From Dehalococcoidia bacterium (lineage in GTDB: Bacteria; Chloroflexota; Dehalococcoidia; Lucifugimonadales; UBA3495), in contig OZ250155.1 of the NCBI GenBank assembly GCA_965237775.1, positions 4,831,814-4,895,813 of the forward strand: DNA of 64,000 nucleotides. Direction: 5' to 3'. The notes beneath the pieces were generated by a model, which was given only the letters and a program-made list of their open reading frames with translations, had not been told where the DNA came from and did not search any database. A program made the position numbers and the translations under genes. Position 1 is the stretch's first letter; each line of letters starts with the position of its first letter. This document shows, in pieces, positions 1 to 9,316 of this stretch.

Positions 1-340
1 TGACGTTCTGGACAGCGTCCCAGTCTTCCACCGAGGTGTCCTCGACTCGGCCCCTTCTCCAGATGCCGGCGTTATTGACCAATACGTCCAGCTTGCCGAA
101 GGCAGAGACAGCAGCTTGCACCGCGCTCTGCCAGTCCTCTTCCCTGGTCACATCCAGGTGGACATAGACCGCCTCGCCGCCCAATTCCGCGATTTCTGCC
201 GCCACCCTTATTCCATCCACGTCGAGCAGGTCGCCGATGACCACCTTGGCCCCCTCCTGGGCGAAGAGTCTCGCCTCAGCCGCTCCTTGACCGCGGGCTC
301 CGCCGCTAATCAGGGCAACCTTTCCGTCCATGCGTCCCAT
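1..340 (-). CDS. Short-chain dehydrogenase/reductase (SDR), N-terminal part only; gene runs off the window start
   Basis: Reverse translation from the ATG at 338-340 gives MGRMDGKVALISGGARGQGAAEARLFAQEGAKVVIGD..., the Gly-rich Rossmann N-terminus of classical SDRs. TAAGGAGG Shine-Dalgarno lies just upstream. Clear paralog of 57842-58594. Absent from the ORF track because no stop lies in the window. Confidence 0.8.
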   Translation of the reverse strand, partial: MGRMDGKVALISGGARGQGAAEARLFAQEGAKVVIGDLLDVDGIRVAAEIAELGGEAVYVHLDVTREEDWQSAVQAAVSAFGKLDVLVNNAGIWRRGRVEDTSVEDWDAVQNV

Positions 341-521
341 AACACCTCCTTAGCTAGAGAGATTCGCTGGGAAAGTGAGTACCACCACTATACGACCCTT
401 AGTGAACTTGACCACACTCTAGCTGTTTGCCAGAAGTTTTGAAACCGCCTAAAGCCGCCACGCCCGCATCAACCGATGGAAGCGTGGCAAATCAGAGTCG
501 TTGGCGATAAAATGGTTGTTG

Positions 522-607
522 GGAGAGATGGCTGAGCGGACGAAAGCGCCGGTCTCGAAAACCGGTATACCCCCGTGGTATCGTGGGTTCGAATCCCACT
601 CTCTCCG
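522..607 (+). tRNA. tRNA-Ser (anticodon CGA)
   Basis: Acceptor GGAGAGA/TCTCTCC. Anticodon stem CCGGT/ACCGG with loop CTCGAAA. Long class-II variable arm TATACCCCCGTGGTATC. T arm GTGGG-TTCGAAT-CCCAC. Discriminator G; CCA not encoded. Confidence 0.9.
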
Positions 608-1158
608 CTTCCCGTGGAATTCAAGACCTAATCCGGCATACGGGAATTAACTTACAGGGGTACGCTGTAACGCGGTACCGTCTGGTTCGTAGCCCCTTCC
701 TCCCAATCCCTTCTCCAGCGACAGGTCCCCGCGCGCTTGAGATGTCTCGTAGCAAGTCTTACCTTGGCAGTTCTGGCCAGAGCGGGCATGTCCGGATTCG
801 CGGGCCCACCCAGTTGCCGGCGATGCGGATGGTGATCATCATGATATTCGGCAGTACCCGCCGCTAGGCCCGATCAACTCACGGACCACATTAAGCCCTC
901 AAAGTGTTTCAGCATCGGCGTCGGTCCTACTAACATACCCACACATCATCATCCCCAACGTCTGAATTATCCAATTCACAACTGGTTTTTCATATTTGCC
1001 CGTATTTGCGATTGCCCGGCCCGCGAATCAGGGTCCTACGATTCTCACACGTGGCCAAATGATCGGGGCCTTTCCGCGATGTTGCGCCGTTCGGTTTTGC
1101 GGCCCTGGGCCGTCATCCAGGAATTCCGGCGCCGGGTTTCGGCCCAGGGCCTAGAGCC

Positions 1159-1187
1159 TTGACGGCCTGCCGCCGCCGTTGTATACT
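1159..1187 (+). promoter_or_regulatory. Sigma-70-like promoter candidate for the Fur-family gene
   Basis: TTGACG (1159-1164), 17-nt spacer, TATACT (1182-1187). Confidence 0.45.
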
Positions 1188-1190
1188 TCT

Positions 1191-1214
1191 TTATTAGATA
1201 CATAGTATCAATAA
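1191..1214. promoter_or_regulatory. Fur/Zur-box-like palindromic operator candidate (box 1)
   Basis: TTATTAGATACATAGTATCAATAA with inverted-repeat core GATAC-ATA-GTATC (1197-1209), immediately downstream of the -10 element. The same core recurs twice upstream of znuA. Confidence 0.5.
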
Positions 1215-1232
1215 CTCACGAATGGACCCGCG

Positions 1233-1685
1233 TTGGCGCTGAAGAAACGGAATCTCTCGGTTTCAGAACAGATCCTGGACACGCTGGAGGAACGGGGTTT
1301 CCGCTCAACCGCGCCCAGGCGGATAATGGCCACCGTGATCGGCGACCAAGAGCGGCACTTCACCGCCGAGGACCTAAGGCAACAGTTGCCGCGCCGCATG
1401 GGCCGGGCCACCGTGTACCGCACCCTAAAGCTTCTCGTGGAAGTCGGTGTCCTCTGCCGCGTGCTCCTGGAAGACGGCGACCTCCACTACCAGTTGAGCC
1501 ACCACGGTCACCACCACCACTTGATCTGCGTCCAATGCGGCTCGTCCCAGGACCTCACCGGCTGCGACATCGAGGACCTGCTCCTCACCACCTCAGCCGA
1601 CCACGGCTTCGAGCTAAGTGGCCACTGGCTGGAAGTTTACGGGCGCTGCCGTAACTGCGTTGTGAACGACTCCCAACGGGGCTAA
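1233..1685 (+). CDS. zur: Fur-family metalloregulator, probably zinc uptake regulator
   Basis: Winged-helix region ATVYRTLKLL. His run HHGHHHH. CxxC pairs (LICVQCG ... GRCRNCV) typical of Fur/Zur. TTG start. Sits directly upstream of the znuACB-like genes. Confidence 0.8.
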   Translation: MALKKRNLSVSEQILDTLEERGFRSTAPRRIMATVIGDQERHFTAEDLRQQLPRRMGRATVYRTLKLLVEVGVLCRVLLEDGDLHYQLSHHGHHHHLICVQCGSSQDLTGCDIEDLLLTTSADHGFELSGHWLEVYGRCRNCVVNDSQRG

Positions 1686-1702
1686 GTCTCTTTTTTTGCC
1701 CA

Positions 1703-1756
1703 ACATTGATACATCGTATCATTAGGCTGATATGTATTGATACATAGTCTTAATAA
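1703..1756. promoter_or_regulatory. Two further Fur/Zur-box-like sites in the zur-znuA intergenic region (boxes 2 and 3)
   Basis: GATACATCGTATC at 1708-1720 and GATACATAGTCT at 1739-1750. Both are preceded by TTGATA-type -35-like hexamers and share TTGATACAT.GT.T with box 1. Confidence 0.5.
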
Positions 1757-1811
1757 CTTAGGTAATTGAGACCCAAAGCAACCAACACTTAGATAGGCGG
1801 CGACTCGATTT

Positions 1812-2873
1812 ATGGCGCTAAAGGCACTGACAAAATTTGGTCCCATCCTCGCTTTTATGGTCCTGATATTCATCGTGTCATGTACCGGCAGCGCGACTAG
1901 GGAACCGCCTAACAACGGGGGCACAGACCCCGACGCTCTCTCTGCTCCTGTCAATTCAAATACTCTCACCGTCGGCCTGCCAGCGGACACGGTCAAGGTC
2001 GTAACCACTAGCAACATTCTGGCCGACTGGGTGCGTGTCGTCGGCGGGGACCGCGTCGAGGTTTTTCCGCTGTTGCCACCCAACTCCGACCTTCACACCT
2101 TTCAGCCAGGCGCAAGAGACATCACCCGGGTCGCCGACGCTGATCTCGTTTTTAGCGTCGGCCTCAATCTGGAGGCTGGCTGGCTCAATGACCTGTTGGA
2201 GAATACAGCCCGGAGCCTCAACAGCATCGTAGCGTTGGGGAAATTCGTAGACCCGATTCCCTTCGTGGAAACCGTCGAAGCCCGCGATGAACATACCGGG
2301 CACGAACAAGGACACAAACAAGACGAGGATGGGCACGACCACGGCGCATTCGATCCGCATTTCTGGTTCGACCCGCTGCGGGTCAACCACGCGGTAACCG
2401 TCATATCTGACCAACTGTCCGACCTCGACCCGGAAGGCGCGAGCCGTTACCGGGGCAACGCCGCCGCCTACAGCTTGGAGCTGGACTCCCTCCACGACTG
2501 GACCACGGAAGAGGTGGCCAAGCTGCCCGAGGACCGCCGCCTGTTGGTGACCTCCCATGACAGCTTCCAGTACTTCGCCCAGCGGTACGGATTCGAAATA
2601 GTCGGCGCGGTCATGCCCGTGACCACGGAGCGCGAACCCACCGCCCAGGAATTGGCGGGGCTGGTCGAGACCATCCGGCGCCAAGGCGTCCCCGCGGTAT
2701 TCGCCGAAAAATCTCACAGTGACCGCCTATCCCGCCGCATCGCGGAGGAGACCGGGGCGCGGCTCATCGGCGGGCTATACACCGGGTCGCTGGGCCCGCC
2801 CGGGGGCGAAGCCGGGGCCTACACAGACCTGATGCGCTACAATGTGAGCACCATCGTGGAGGCATTGCGGTAA
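1812..2873 (+). CDS. znuA: Zinc ABC transporter substrate-binding lipoprotein (ZnuA/TroA family)
   Basis: Lipoprotein-type signal with IVSC lipobox. His/Asp/Glu-rich loop EARDEHTGHEQGHKQDEDGHDHGAFDPHFW characteristic of ZnuA. Followed by the ATPase and permease genes. Confidence 0.85.
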   Translation: MALKALTKFGPILAFMVLIFIVSCTGSATREPPNNGGTDPDALSAPVNSNTLTVGLPADTVKVVTTSNILADWVRVVGGDRVEVFPLLPPNSDLHTFQPGARDITRVADADLVFSVGLNLEAGWLNDLLENTARSLNSIVALGKFVDPIPFVETVEARDEHTGHEQGHKQDEDGHDHGAFDPHFWFDPLRVNHAVTVISDQLSDLDPEGASRYRGNAAAYSLELDSLHDWTTEEVAKLPEDRRLLVTSHDSFQYFAQRYGFEIVGAVMPVTTEREPTAQELAGLVETIRRQGVPAVFAEKSHSDRLSRRIAEETGARLIGGLYTGSLGPPGGEAGAYTDLMRYNVSTIVEALR

Positions 2874-2875
2874 CC

Positions 2876-3658
2876 TTGGCGCACACCCCCTTATTTCCTT
2901 CTCTGTCCGCCGAGGAACTGACGGTTGACCGGGGCGGCGTCCGAGTCCTGGACCGGGTGTCATTCACCGCTGGTCCTGGCTGCCTAATGGGGGTCGTAGG
3001 ACCCAACGGCGCGGGCAAAAGCACCCTGTTCGACGTAATCGTGTCCCAGTTGCCGGCCACCGAGGGCCGCGTATTGGTCCACGGCAGACCGGCCAGCGAA
3101 ACCCGGGGGCTCGTGGCATACGTGCCCCAGCACGAACGGGTCAATTGGCGCCTTCCCCTGAGCGCCTGGGAGGTAACTATGCTGGGAAGGGCCAAGCGCA
3201 TAGGCTGGTTCCGGAGGCCGGGACGGGCCGACCGCGAGGCAGCCGAAGACGCGCTGCGGCGGGTGGACATGTGGGACCGGCGGTCCGACCTTGTGGGTGA
3301 GTTGTCCGGAGGGCAACGCCAGAGAGTGTTCGTTGCCCGCGCCCTGGCCCAGGGCGCCGACATTCTGCTGCTGGACGAGGCCTTCAGCGGCGTAGACATC
3401 GCCTCCCAGGAGGCGTTGGTATCAGTCCTGCAGGAACTCCGCGACCAGGGTAGAACCATCCTGCTATCCTCCCATGACATCAATCACCTGGCCCACTACT
3501 GCGACGAGTGCCTTTGCCTCAATTGCCACGTCTGCGCCTGCGGTTCGCCCAGGGAGGTGCTTACACCGGCGGTCTTGACGGAGCTTTACGGTCCCTTCGG
3601 GTCAGTTCCCACCCACGGCCACGGGCTGGCCGGAGGCGCTGATGGACATCGTCACTGA
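2876..3658 (+). CDS. znuC: Zinc ABC transporter ATP-binding protein
   Basis: Walker A GPNGAGKST, signature LSGGQRQR, Walker B LLLDEAF. C-terminal CLCLNCHVCACGSPREV resembles the Cys-rich LCLN.H.CC.G.PE segment of ZnuC. TTG start. Confidence 0.85.
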   Translation: MAHTPLFPSLSAEELTVDRGGVRVLDRVSFTAGPGCLMGVVGPNGAGKSTLFDVIVSQLPATEGRVLVHGRPASETRGLVAYVPQHERVNWRLPLSAWEVTMLGRAKRIGWFRRPGRADREAAEDALRRVDMWDRRSDLVGELSGGQRQRVFVARALAQGADILLLDEAFSGVDIASQEALVSVLQELRDQGRTILLSSHDINHLAHYCDECLCLNCHVCACGSPREVLTPAVLTELYGPFGSVPTHGHGLAGGADGHRH

Positions 3659-4490
3659 CGCCCTGATGGGTCCGTTTCAATACTCCTTCATGCTCAGGGC
3701 GTTGATCGTTTCCGTACTGGTGGGAATCATGTGCCCAGCGCTGGGGGTCTACGTGGTGGTCCGGGGACTGGGCTTCATGGGCGACGCGCTGGCCCACTCC
3801 GTCCTACCGGGTATGGTATTGGCCTTCATGCTGGGGATAAGCCCCTTCTTTGGGTCAATCCCCATGGCTGTGGCGACGGCCCTGCTGAGCGGGTATCTCA
3901 TAAAGCGCGCCGGTATCGGAGAGGACACATCTGTGGGCATTCTGTTCGCTGGCCTCTTCGCCCTTGGCGTGGTGATGCTGACGGTATCCCGGGGAGTCTC
4001 GGTAAACCTGGAAGACATACTGCTTGGACAAGTCCTCGGCGTGTCACAGGCGGACGTATTCGTGACCTTGGCGCTGGCCGGATCGGTGCTGGCGCTTATC
4101 TGCGGCCTGCACAAGGAGTTGGTGTTCGCCAGCTTCGACCCATCGGGGGCGTCGGTCATTGGCCTGCCGACGGATAAGTTGGAATATCTCCTTCTGGCGC
4201 TGCTGTCCGTGGTGGTGGTGCTGGCTCTTCAGGCGGTAGGCGTTATCCTGGTCATCTCAATGCTTATTACCCCAGCCGCCGCCGCCCTGCTGCTGGTGCG
4301 GAACTTCGTTAAGGCCATGGCTATGGCGGTGCTGATCGGCGTGGCATCCGCCGTAGCGGGGCTGTACCTCTCCTTCCATTACAACCTGCCGTCGGGGCCC
4401 GTAATGGCGTTGGTGGCAACGGGATGCTTCGTGCTCGCCCTTGCCTGGAAACAGCGTCCAGCCAGGACCGCCCGACATCAACGAGCCTGA
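3642..4490 (+). CDS. znuB: Zinc ABC transporter permease
   Basis: Polytopic membrane protein of ABC-3 type, overlapping znuC by 17 nt. Confidence 0.8.
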   Translation: MDIVTDALMGPFQYSFMLRALIVSVLVGIMCPALGVYVVVRGLGFMGDALAHSVLPGMVLAFMLGISPFFGSIPMAVATALLSGYLIKRAGIGEDTSVGILFAGLFALGVVMLTVSRGVSVNLEDILLGQVLGVSQADVFVTLALAGSVLALICGLHKELVFASFDPSGASVIGLPTDKLEYLLLALLSVVVVLALQAVGVILVISMLITPAAAALLLVRNFVKAMAMAVLIGVASAVAGLYLSFHYNLPSGPVMALVATGCFVLALAWKQRPARTARHQRA

Positions 4491-4517
4491 TTACATTACG
4501 ACTCCGGAGCAAGTGTT

Positions 4518-4901
4518 ATGAGCAACGCCGACCAGCCCCAAATCGGGCGAATCCTATGGCAAGACCTGACCGTGCCCAATGCCTCGGAAGTGCGGGACTT
4601 CTACTCCGCCGTGGTCGGCTGGACCCATACCGACCATGACATGGGGGACTATTCCGATTACAACATGAACCAAGCGGAATCAGGGGAGACGTTGGCGGGA
4701 ATCTGCCATTCCCAGGGCCCCAACGCCAACATACCTCCCCAGTGGTTGGTCTACATCTACGTTGCAGACGTGGATGAGAGCGCCAGAAAGTGCGTGGACC
4801 TGGGAGGCAAGTTGCTCGACGGGCCGCGGACCATGGGCGACGATAAGTTCTGCGTGATCCAGGACCCTGCCGGGGCGGTTGCGGCATTAATCGGCCGGTA
4901 G
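4518..4901 (+). CDS. VOC (glyoxalase/bleomycin-resistance fold) family protein
   Basis: Pattern WQDL.V....EVRDFY..VVGW ... VADVDES..K...LGGK...GP ... IQDPAGA typical of small VOC proteins. Confidence 0.6.
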   Translation: MSNADQPQIGRILWQDLTVPNASEVRDFYSAVVGWTHTDHDMGDYSDYNMNQAESGETLAGICHSQGPNANIPPQWLVYIYVADVDESARKCVDLGGKLLDGPRTMGDDKFCVIQDPAGAVAALIGR

Positions 4902-5033
4902 CCAACGGGCCGAGATCCTTGGGAGAAACGTCAAAGCTCCGGGCGGTCCAGGATTTCAAGGGAGTTCCATAGAATTACCACACCACGGGCGGCTGGGCCA
5001 TGCGGCGAGTGGAACATGCGATGGAGGACCTGA

Positions 5034-5837
5034 GTGGCTGAGTCGATCGGCATCGTGGGTTGCGGTTCCATCGGTCAGGCGATCATACGCGAGGCAGACG
5101 CTGGACGCCTGGATGTTCCGGTGGTTGGAGTCGCCAGCCGCACGGCAAGCAGAGTTGAGTCCTTCCTTTCAACCCTTAAGTCCCCTCCCCCACTACTTCA
5201 ATTGGATGACCTGGTCGACGCCTGTTCCTTGGTTGTCGAGACGGCCGGTGGGCACGTGGTCCCAATGCTGGCGGATGCCGCCTTCAGTGCGGGCAAGGGT
5301 CTCATGGTAATTAGCATCGGCGCGTTGCTGGAGCATCCGGAGATCATGACCCGGGCACGCGAGACGGGCTGCCGCCTCCTGGCCCCGTCTGGGGCCATCG
5401 CGGGGTTGGACGGTATCAAGTCGGCATGCGCGGGCCACGTGGATAGCGTGACTATGGTCTCCCGGAAACCGCCGCAAGCCCTAGAGGGCGCGCCATACCT
5501 GGCCGAGCGGGAGATATCTCTGGTAGGCCTCGAACAGGAGACGGAGCTTTTCTCAGGTACCGCCCGTGAAGCCTGCCGAGGATTCCCGGCCAACCTGAAC
5601 GTATCGGCCGCCGTAAGCCTCGCCGGAGTGGGGCCAGACAAGACCACGGTCCGCATCATGGCCGTACCTGGGCTGGAACGAAACTGCCACGACATCGAGG
5701 TGGTGGGGGAGTTCGGACGGCTTGCCGTACACATCGAAAACATCCCTTCAGAGAACCCGAAAACGGGACGCCTTACCGCCATGTCCATCATCCGGTCAAT
5801 TCGGGACGCCGTAGACCCGGTCCGAATCGGCACCTAA
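5034..5837 (+). CDS. nadX: L-aspartate dehydrogenase
   Basis: N-terminal IGIVGCGSIG Rossmann motif. C-terminal NIPSENPKTGRLTAMSIIRSI matches the NadX family consensus as I recall it. GTG start with GGAGGA Shine-Dalgarno. Confidence 0.7.
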   Translation: MAESIGIVGCGSIGQAIIREADAGRLDVPVVGVASRTASRVESFLSTLKSPPPLLQLDDLVDACSLVVETAGGHVVPMLADAAFSAGKGLMVISIGALLEHPEIMTRARETGCRLLAPSGAIAGLDGIKSACAGHVDSVTMVSRKPPQALEGAPYLAEREISLVGLEQETELFSGTAREACRGFPANLNVSAAVSLAGVGPDKTTVRIMAVPGLERNCHDIEVVGEFGRLAVHIENIPSENPKTGRLTAMSIIRSIRDAVDPVRIGT

Positions 5838-5928
5838 GCAAGCCCGCCGCTCCCCGGCCCGCTGGTGTCCGGGAGTTCCCAGAGGCAGAGCGTATAATAG
5901 CGGGAACCTGACTTGTAAGAGGCCTCCT

Positions 5929-6762
5929 ATGCCGTTTCCCCTAAGGAAGCGCCCCGGCGTCGCCGTCGTGGAAGTCCACGGCGTAATCGGCACGCGAGTG
6001 CGTATCCCGGTCTACGAACGTCTATTTGACTCCATCGCCAGGAGCAAACGGTACGCGGCCCTGGTGTTGGACATCGACTCCCCAGGCGGTTCCGCCTCCG
6101 GCTCGGAAGTCCTTTACTACAGCTTGAAAAAGGTCGCGGAAACCAAACCGGTTGTCGCCTACGTACGGGGTTTGGGAGCGTCAGGCGGGTACTACCTGTG
6201 TTGCGCGGCCAGCCGGGTGTTCGCCTTGCCCAGCGCGATGGTGGGGTCAATCGGCGTGATCTACCTGCGTCCGGTGATCCAGCAATTGTTGGGAAAGATT
6301 GGCGTGGAATTTTCGGTCTTCAAGGAAGGCCGACTAAAAGACATGACCGGATTCTGGCGCAGTCCCACCAATGAAGAAGAGGAGAAGTTTCAGGGATTGC
6401 TGACCGAGATTTACGACAACTTCATCTCGGTGGTCTGCGAGGGACGCTCCATCGAGGAAGCCCAGGTCCGGGAGTTCGCCACGGGAGAGGTGTTCACCGC
6501 TAGGCGGGGCAGAGAGCTTGGACTCGTCGACGAATTCGGTGGGTTCGACCAGGCGTTGGCATCCGCCGCGGAACTGAGCGGGGCCAGGCCAAGGCCGGTT
6601 TGGTTGCGCCCCCGCCGCCCGATCTCCGAGCGGTTCTTTGGCCGGTTCGGAAACCAGTCCGCACTTGGTGCGATGGTTGGAACAGAATTGCCGCGTCTGC
6701 TCTCAGGCGGAATTTATTACATGGACCCCGCTTTCCTGCTAGGAGACTACCGGGAAGATTAA
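5929..6762 (+). CDS. sppA: Signal peptide peptidase SppA (S49 family, 36K type)
   Basis: VLDIDSPGGS and GLGASGGYYLCCAA (Ser nucleophile region) on a ClpP/crotonase-like scaffold. Confidence 0.8.
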   Translation: MPFPLRKRPGVAVVEVHGVIGTRVRIPVYERLFDSIARSKRYAALVLDIDSPGGSASGSEVLYYSLKKVAETKPVVAYVRGLGASGGYYLCCAASRVFALPSAMVGSIGVIYLRPVIQQLLGKIGVEFSVFKEGRLKDMTGFWRSPTNEEEEKFQGLLTEIYDNFISVVCEGRSIEEAQVREFATGEVFTARRGRELGLVDEFGGFDQALASAAELSGARPRPVWLRPRRPISERFFGRFGNQSALGAMVGTELPRLLSGGIYYMDPAFLLGDYRED

Positions 6763-6772
6763 GTGAATACGG

Positions 6773-7585
6773 CTATTTCTCCCCTTCAGCCTCCAGCCGC
6801 TTGGCTTCCTGCCAAAGCGCCTCTTTTTCCATAAGAGGCAAACCGCCAAAGTCCAGTCCCCGCTCCAACGCCAGACCCTCCATCGACATGTACCTTCGCT
6901 GGAAACGAGAGATGGCCTGGCGCAAGGCATCCTCCGCGTGGACATCGAGCCACCGCGATAGGTTGACGACACTGAATATCACGTCTCCGAGCTCGTGGAC
7001 CCGCTCCTCCTGGTTGGACGCCCGGCGCAGCTCCTCCACTTCTTCGGCCAACTTGTCCAACACCCCAGAGATATCGTCCCATTCAAACCCGGCGCGGCCC
7101 ACTCTATCCTGCAGAAGCTGGGCGTAAGTCAATGCGGGCAGGTCACGTGGGATTCCCTCTGCCGGGGACGTGCGGCCCCCCTTCTCCTTGCGTTCCGCCT
7201 CCTTGATGCGCTCCCAATTGCGTTCAACTTCCCTGGCGTCGGCGGCGGTGGTGTCGCCGAATACATGAGGGTGGCGGCGGACCAGTTTTTCGTTTATATA
7301 CGTGAGAACTTGGTCAGCATTGAATTCCCCCGCCTCACGGGCGATGTCGGCGTGGAAAGCCACCTGGACCAGTATGTCGCCAAGCTCTTCAGCCAACGAC
7401 TGCGGGTCTTCCTGGTCGATGGCCTCCAATACTTCGTAGCATTCCTCCAGCAGGTTGCGCTTGAGGGACGCATGGGTCTGTTCCCGGTCCCAGGGACAGC
7501 CGCCCGGAGCTCGCAGACGCTCCACGATGTCCAACAAGGACTGAAATTTAGCCATATCCATTTGGTCAACGTTATGTTCAGTCAT
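6773..7585 (-). CDS. mazG: Nucleoside triphosphate pyrophosphohydrolase MazG
   Basis: LRAPGGCPWDREQTHASLKRNLLEECYEVLEAID and a second MazG repeat EELGDVIFSVVNLSRWL. Start trimmed to the ATG at 7585 (MTEHN...); the track ORF begins at 7621. Confidence 0.85.
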   Translation of the reverse strand: MTEHNVDQMDMAKFQSLLDIVERLRAPGGCPWDREQTHASLKRNLLEECYEVLEAIDQEDPQSLAEELGDILVQVAFHADIAREAGEFNADQVLTYINEKLVRRHPHVFGDTTAADAREVERNWERIKEAERKEKGGRTSPAEGIPRDLPALTYAQLLQDRVGRAGFEWDDISGVLDKLAEEVEELRRASNQEERVHELGDVIFSVVNLSRWLDVHAEDALRQAISRFQRRYMSMEGLALERGLDFGGLPLMEKEALWQEAKRLEAEGEK

Positions 7586-7647
7586 GGGCCGATTATATAC
7601 ACGGCGGCGATTGCGTCTCAAGGAAGCCGGTGATAACTTGAGCCACT

Positions 7648-8361
7648 ATGGACCAAGACTCGGGAAATAACGTGTCGCGTGCTTCGACGCTGTTATTCGC
7701 CGTCTGCGTGCCGTTGTTCCTAGTCACGGCCAGCGTGGCCTGGGCATTTAACGACCCAGGGCTGTACCAGAGGGGATTCGAAAAATACAACGTGCCCATC
7801 TCCTCTGGCATCGACGAAGCCGACTTGGCCCAGGTAGGGGCCGAACTCAGGGAGTATTTCAACTCGCGAGAGGAGCCCCTATACGTTAGGACCCGAGTTT
7901 ACGGCGAGGAGCGGGAGCTATTCAACGACCGGGAAGTCCATCACATGCGAGACGTGAAGCGGCTGGTGTGGGGAGTTTATGCCGTAGCCATTGTCTCGGG
8001 GGCGTACCTGGCTATCGTCACCGCCAGGTCCCTTCTATCGGGGCGTTCCGGCGCCCTCCGGTTGTTGGCGCGGAGGCTGGTCTGGGGAGGGTGCGCGACC
8101 GTGGGGGGAATCGCGCTGTTCGGCGTCTTTGCGATCACCGGGTTCGAGGCGGTGTTCGTCCTGTTCCACCGTATCAGCTTCACCAACGACCTATGGCAAC
8201 TGGACCCAAGGACCGACTACCTATTGGTCCTTTTCCCCTTAGAATTCTGGTTCGACGCGACAGTCTCGGTAGCGTTAAGGGCCATAGCCGGGGCCCTTGT
8301 GCTGGCCGGGGCTAGTAGCGCGTGGCTGGTGTGGCAGCGGTCTCTAAGGGACCGGAACTAA
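7648..8361 (+). CDS. Integral membrane protein, TIGR01906/DUF1461-like
   Basis: N-terminal TM segment. C-terminal FHRISFTNDLWQLDPRTDYLLVLFPLEFW matches the family signature from memory. Confidence 0.55.
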   Translation: MDQDSGNNVSRASTLLFAVCVPLFLVTASVAWAFNDPGLYQRGFEKYNVPISSGIDEADLAQVGAELREYFNSREEPLYVRTRVYGEERELFNDREVHHMRDVKRLVWGVYAVAIVSGAYLAIVTARSLLSGRSGALRLLARRLVWGGCATVGGIALFGVFAITGFEAVFVLFHRISFTNDLWQLDPRTDYLLVLFPLEFWFDATVSVALRAIAGALVLAGASSAWLVWQRSLRDRN

Positions 8362-8407
8362 CGACTCCCCGGTCGCCTTGAGTGGCAGTAGCGAGACTGC
8401 GGGCGGG

Positions 8408-8749
8408 TCATCCGGGTTGTGCATTCTCTTCCACCGCTCGTTCAATGGTTTCGGCCAGCCATGCATTGAGGCTCTTGCCGTCGGCCCTCGCCGCAGCAGT
8501 GGCGGCGCGGTGAATTTCTGGGGCGATGCGCAGAGGGATATTCCCGGAGAACGGCCTGTCTGGTTCCTGGCCCTTCTCCGAGCACATGGTCAGGTAATCG
8601 TCTATGGAAAACTGGAACTCCACGTTGAGCTGTTCCACGGAAGCGCCTTCAAAGAAGATGACATCACGAGTATCCACAACCTCTCCGTGGAACGTGCGGG
8701 CCTCATGATCATATTTGACTGCGGCATGGTAACCCTTGTATTCCATCAT
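8408..8749 (-). CDS. hicB: HicB-family antitoxin
   Basis: YKGYHAAVKYDHEARTFHGEVVDTRDVIFFEG (HicB N-domain) plus a C-terminal RHH-like IPLRIAPEIHRAATAAARADGKSLNAWLAETIERA. Overlaps hicA by 4 nt. Confidence 0.8.
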   Translation of the reverse strand: MMEYKGYHAAVKYDHEARTFHGEVVDTRDVIFFEGASVEQLNVEFQFSIDDYLTMCSEKGQEPDRPFSGNIPLRIAPEIHRAATAAARADGKSLNAWLAETIERAVEENAQPG

Positions 8750-9000
8750 GGTGCGACTCCCGCTTCCGTCAAGAATCTTCTCATCGCTTCAACTGCTCCC
8801 TTCGACGCGTTACGCTGTGGATGCGGAAGGTGCGCATGAGCCCGTACTCCGTTCAACTCAATGCCTATCCTGGAGCCTGACCGCTCTTCCACTTGCGCCC
8901 CGTAGGCGAGAAGCAGAGACTCGATATCTGCCCACCTAATTCCGGACCGTGTGGGCCGGGTGAATATCGCAACCAAAGTCCTGTGGTGACGGTTCCGCAC
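8746..9000 (-). CDS. hicA: HicA-family toxin (mRNA interferase)
   Basis: 84 aa. Contains IRWADIESLLLAYGAQVEERSGSRIGIELNG...HLPHPQRNASKGAVEAMRRFLTEAGV, the HicA-like GS[HR] and HxPHP layout. GTG start. Immediately upstream of hicB. Confidence 0.7.
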   Translation of the reverse strand: MRNRHHRTLVAIFTRPTRSGIRWADIESLLLAYGAQVEERSGSRIGIELNGVRAHAHLPHPQRNASKGAVEAMRRFLTEAGVAP

Positions 9001-9007
9001 CCACTGA

Positions 9008-9028
9008 CGATATGATAGCGTAATATCG
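9008..9028. promoter_or_regulatory. Inverted repeat upstream of hicA (possible HicB operator)
   Basis: CGATAT-N9-ATATCG, 8 nt upstream of the hicA start. Confidence 0.3.
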
Positions 9029-9316
9029 CCGTCGATTTACCAGGACTCCTCGCCAAATGAAAAGAGCCGGTCTCGACGGGCCGGCCCTTCGTACCCTGGG
9101 ATGAACGGACTTACATCGAACCTGTCAGTGCAAGTCGATTAGCAATTTTTTCGTAGGTCTACAGAGTGCCGAATAATGCTAAACGACAACCGAGCCAAAA
9201 GCACTCGCCGAGCCCCGAATGGGTCGCGCTGTGGTGTCTAACTCCAGGCTAGCCGTGTTGGTACGATTGTCCGCCTAGTCCAGATTGACCAGGATGCCTA
9301 AGCGTGGGGCGTCGAT

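Noticed and set aside
583-867. ORF of 94 aa starting inside the tRNA-Ser gene. More generally, the 550-nt non-coding stretch 608-1158 next to the tRNA could be an integration scar.
   Set aside because: The ORF overlaps the tRNA and has no motif or RBS. I found no integrase fragment and no direct repeat of the tRNA 3' end. The only structure seen is an 11-nt inverted repeat GGCCCTGGGCC/GGCCCAGGGCC (1101-1151) just upstream of the zur promoter. Evidence is insufficient to call a mobile-element remnant.
9060-9316. Non-coding gap of 250 nt between hicA and the FmdB-like gene, considered as a possible ncRNA.
   Set aside because: I could recognise no conserved ncRNA signature, no strong structure and no terminator.
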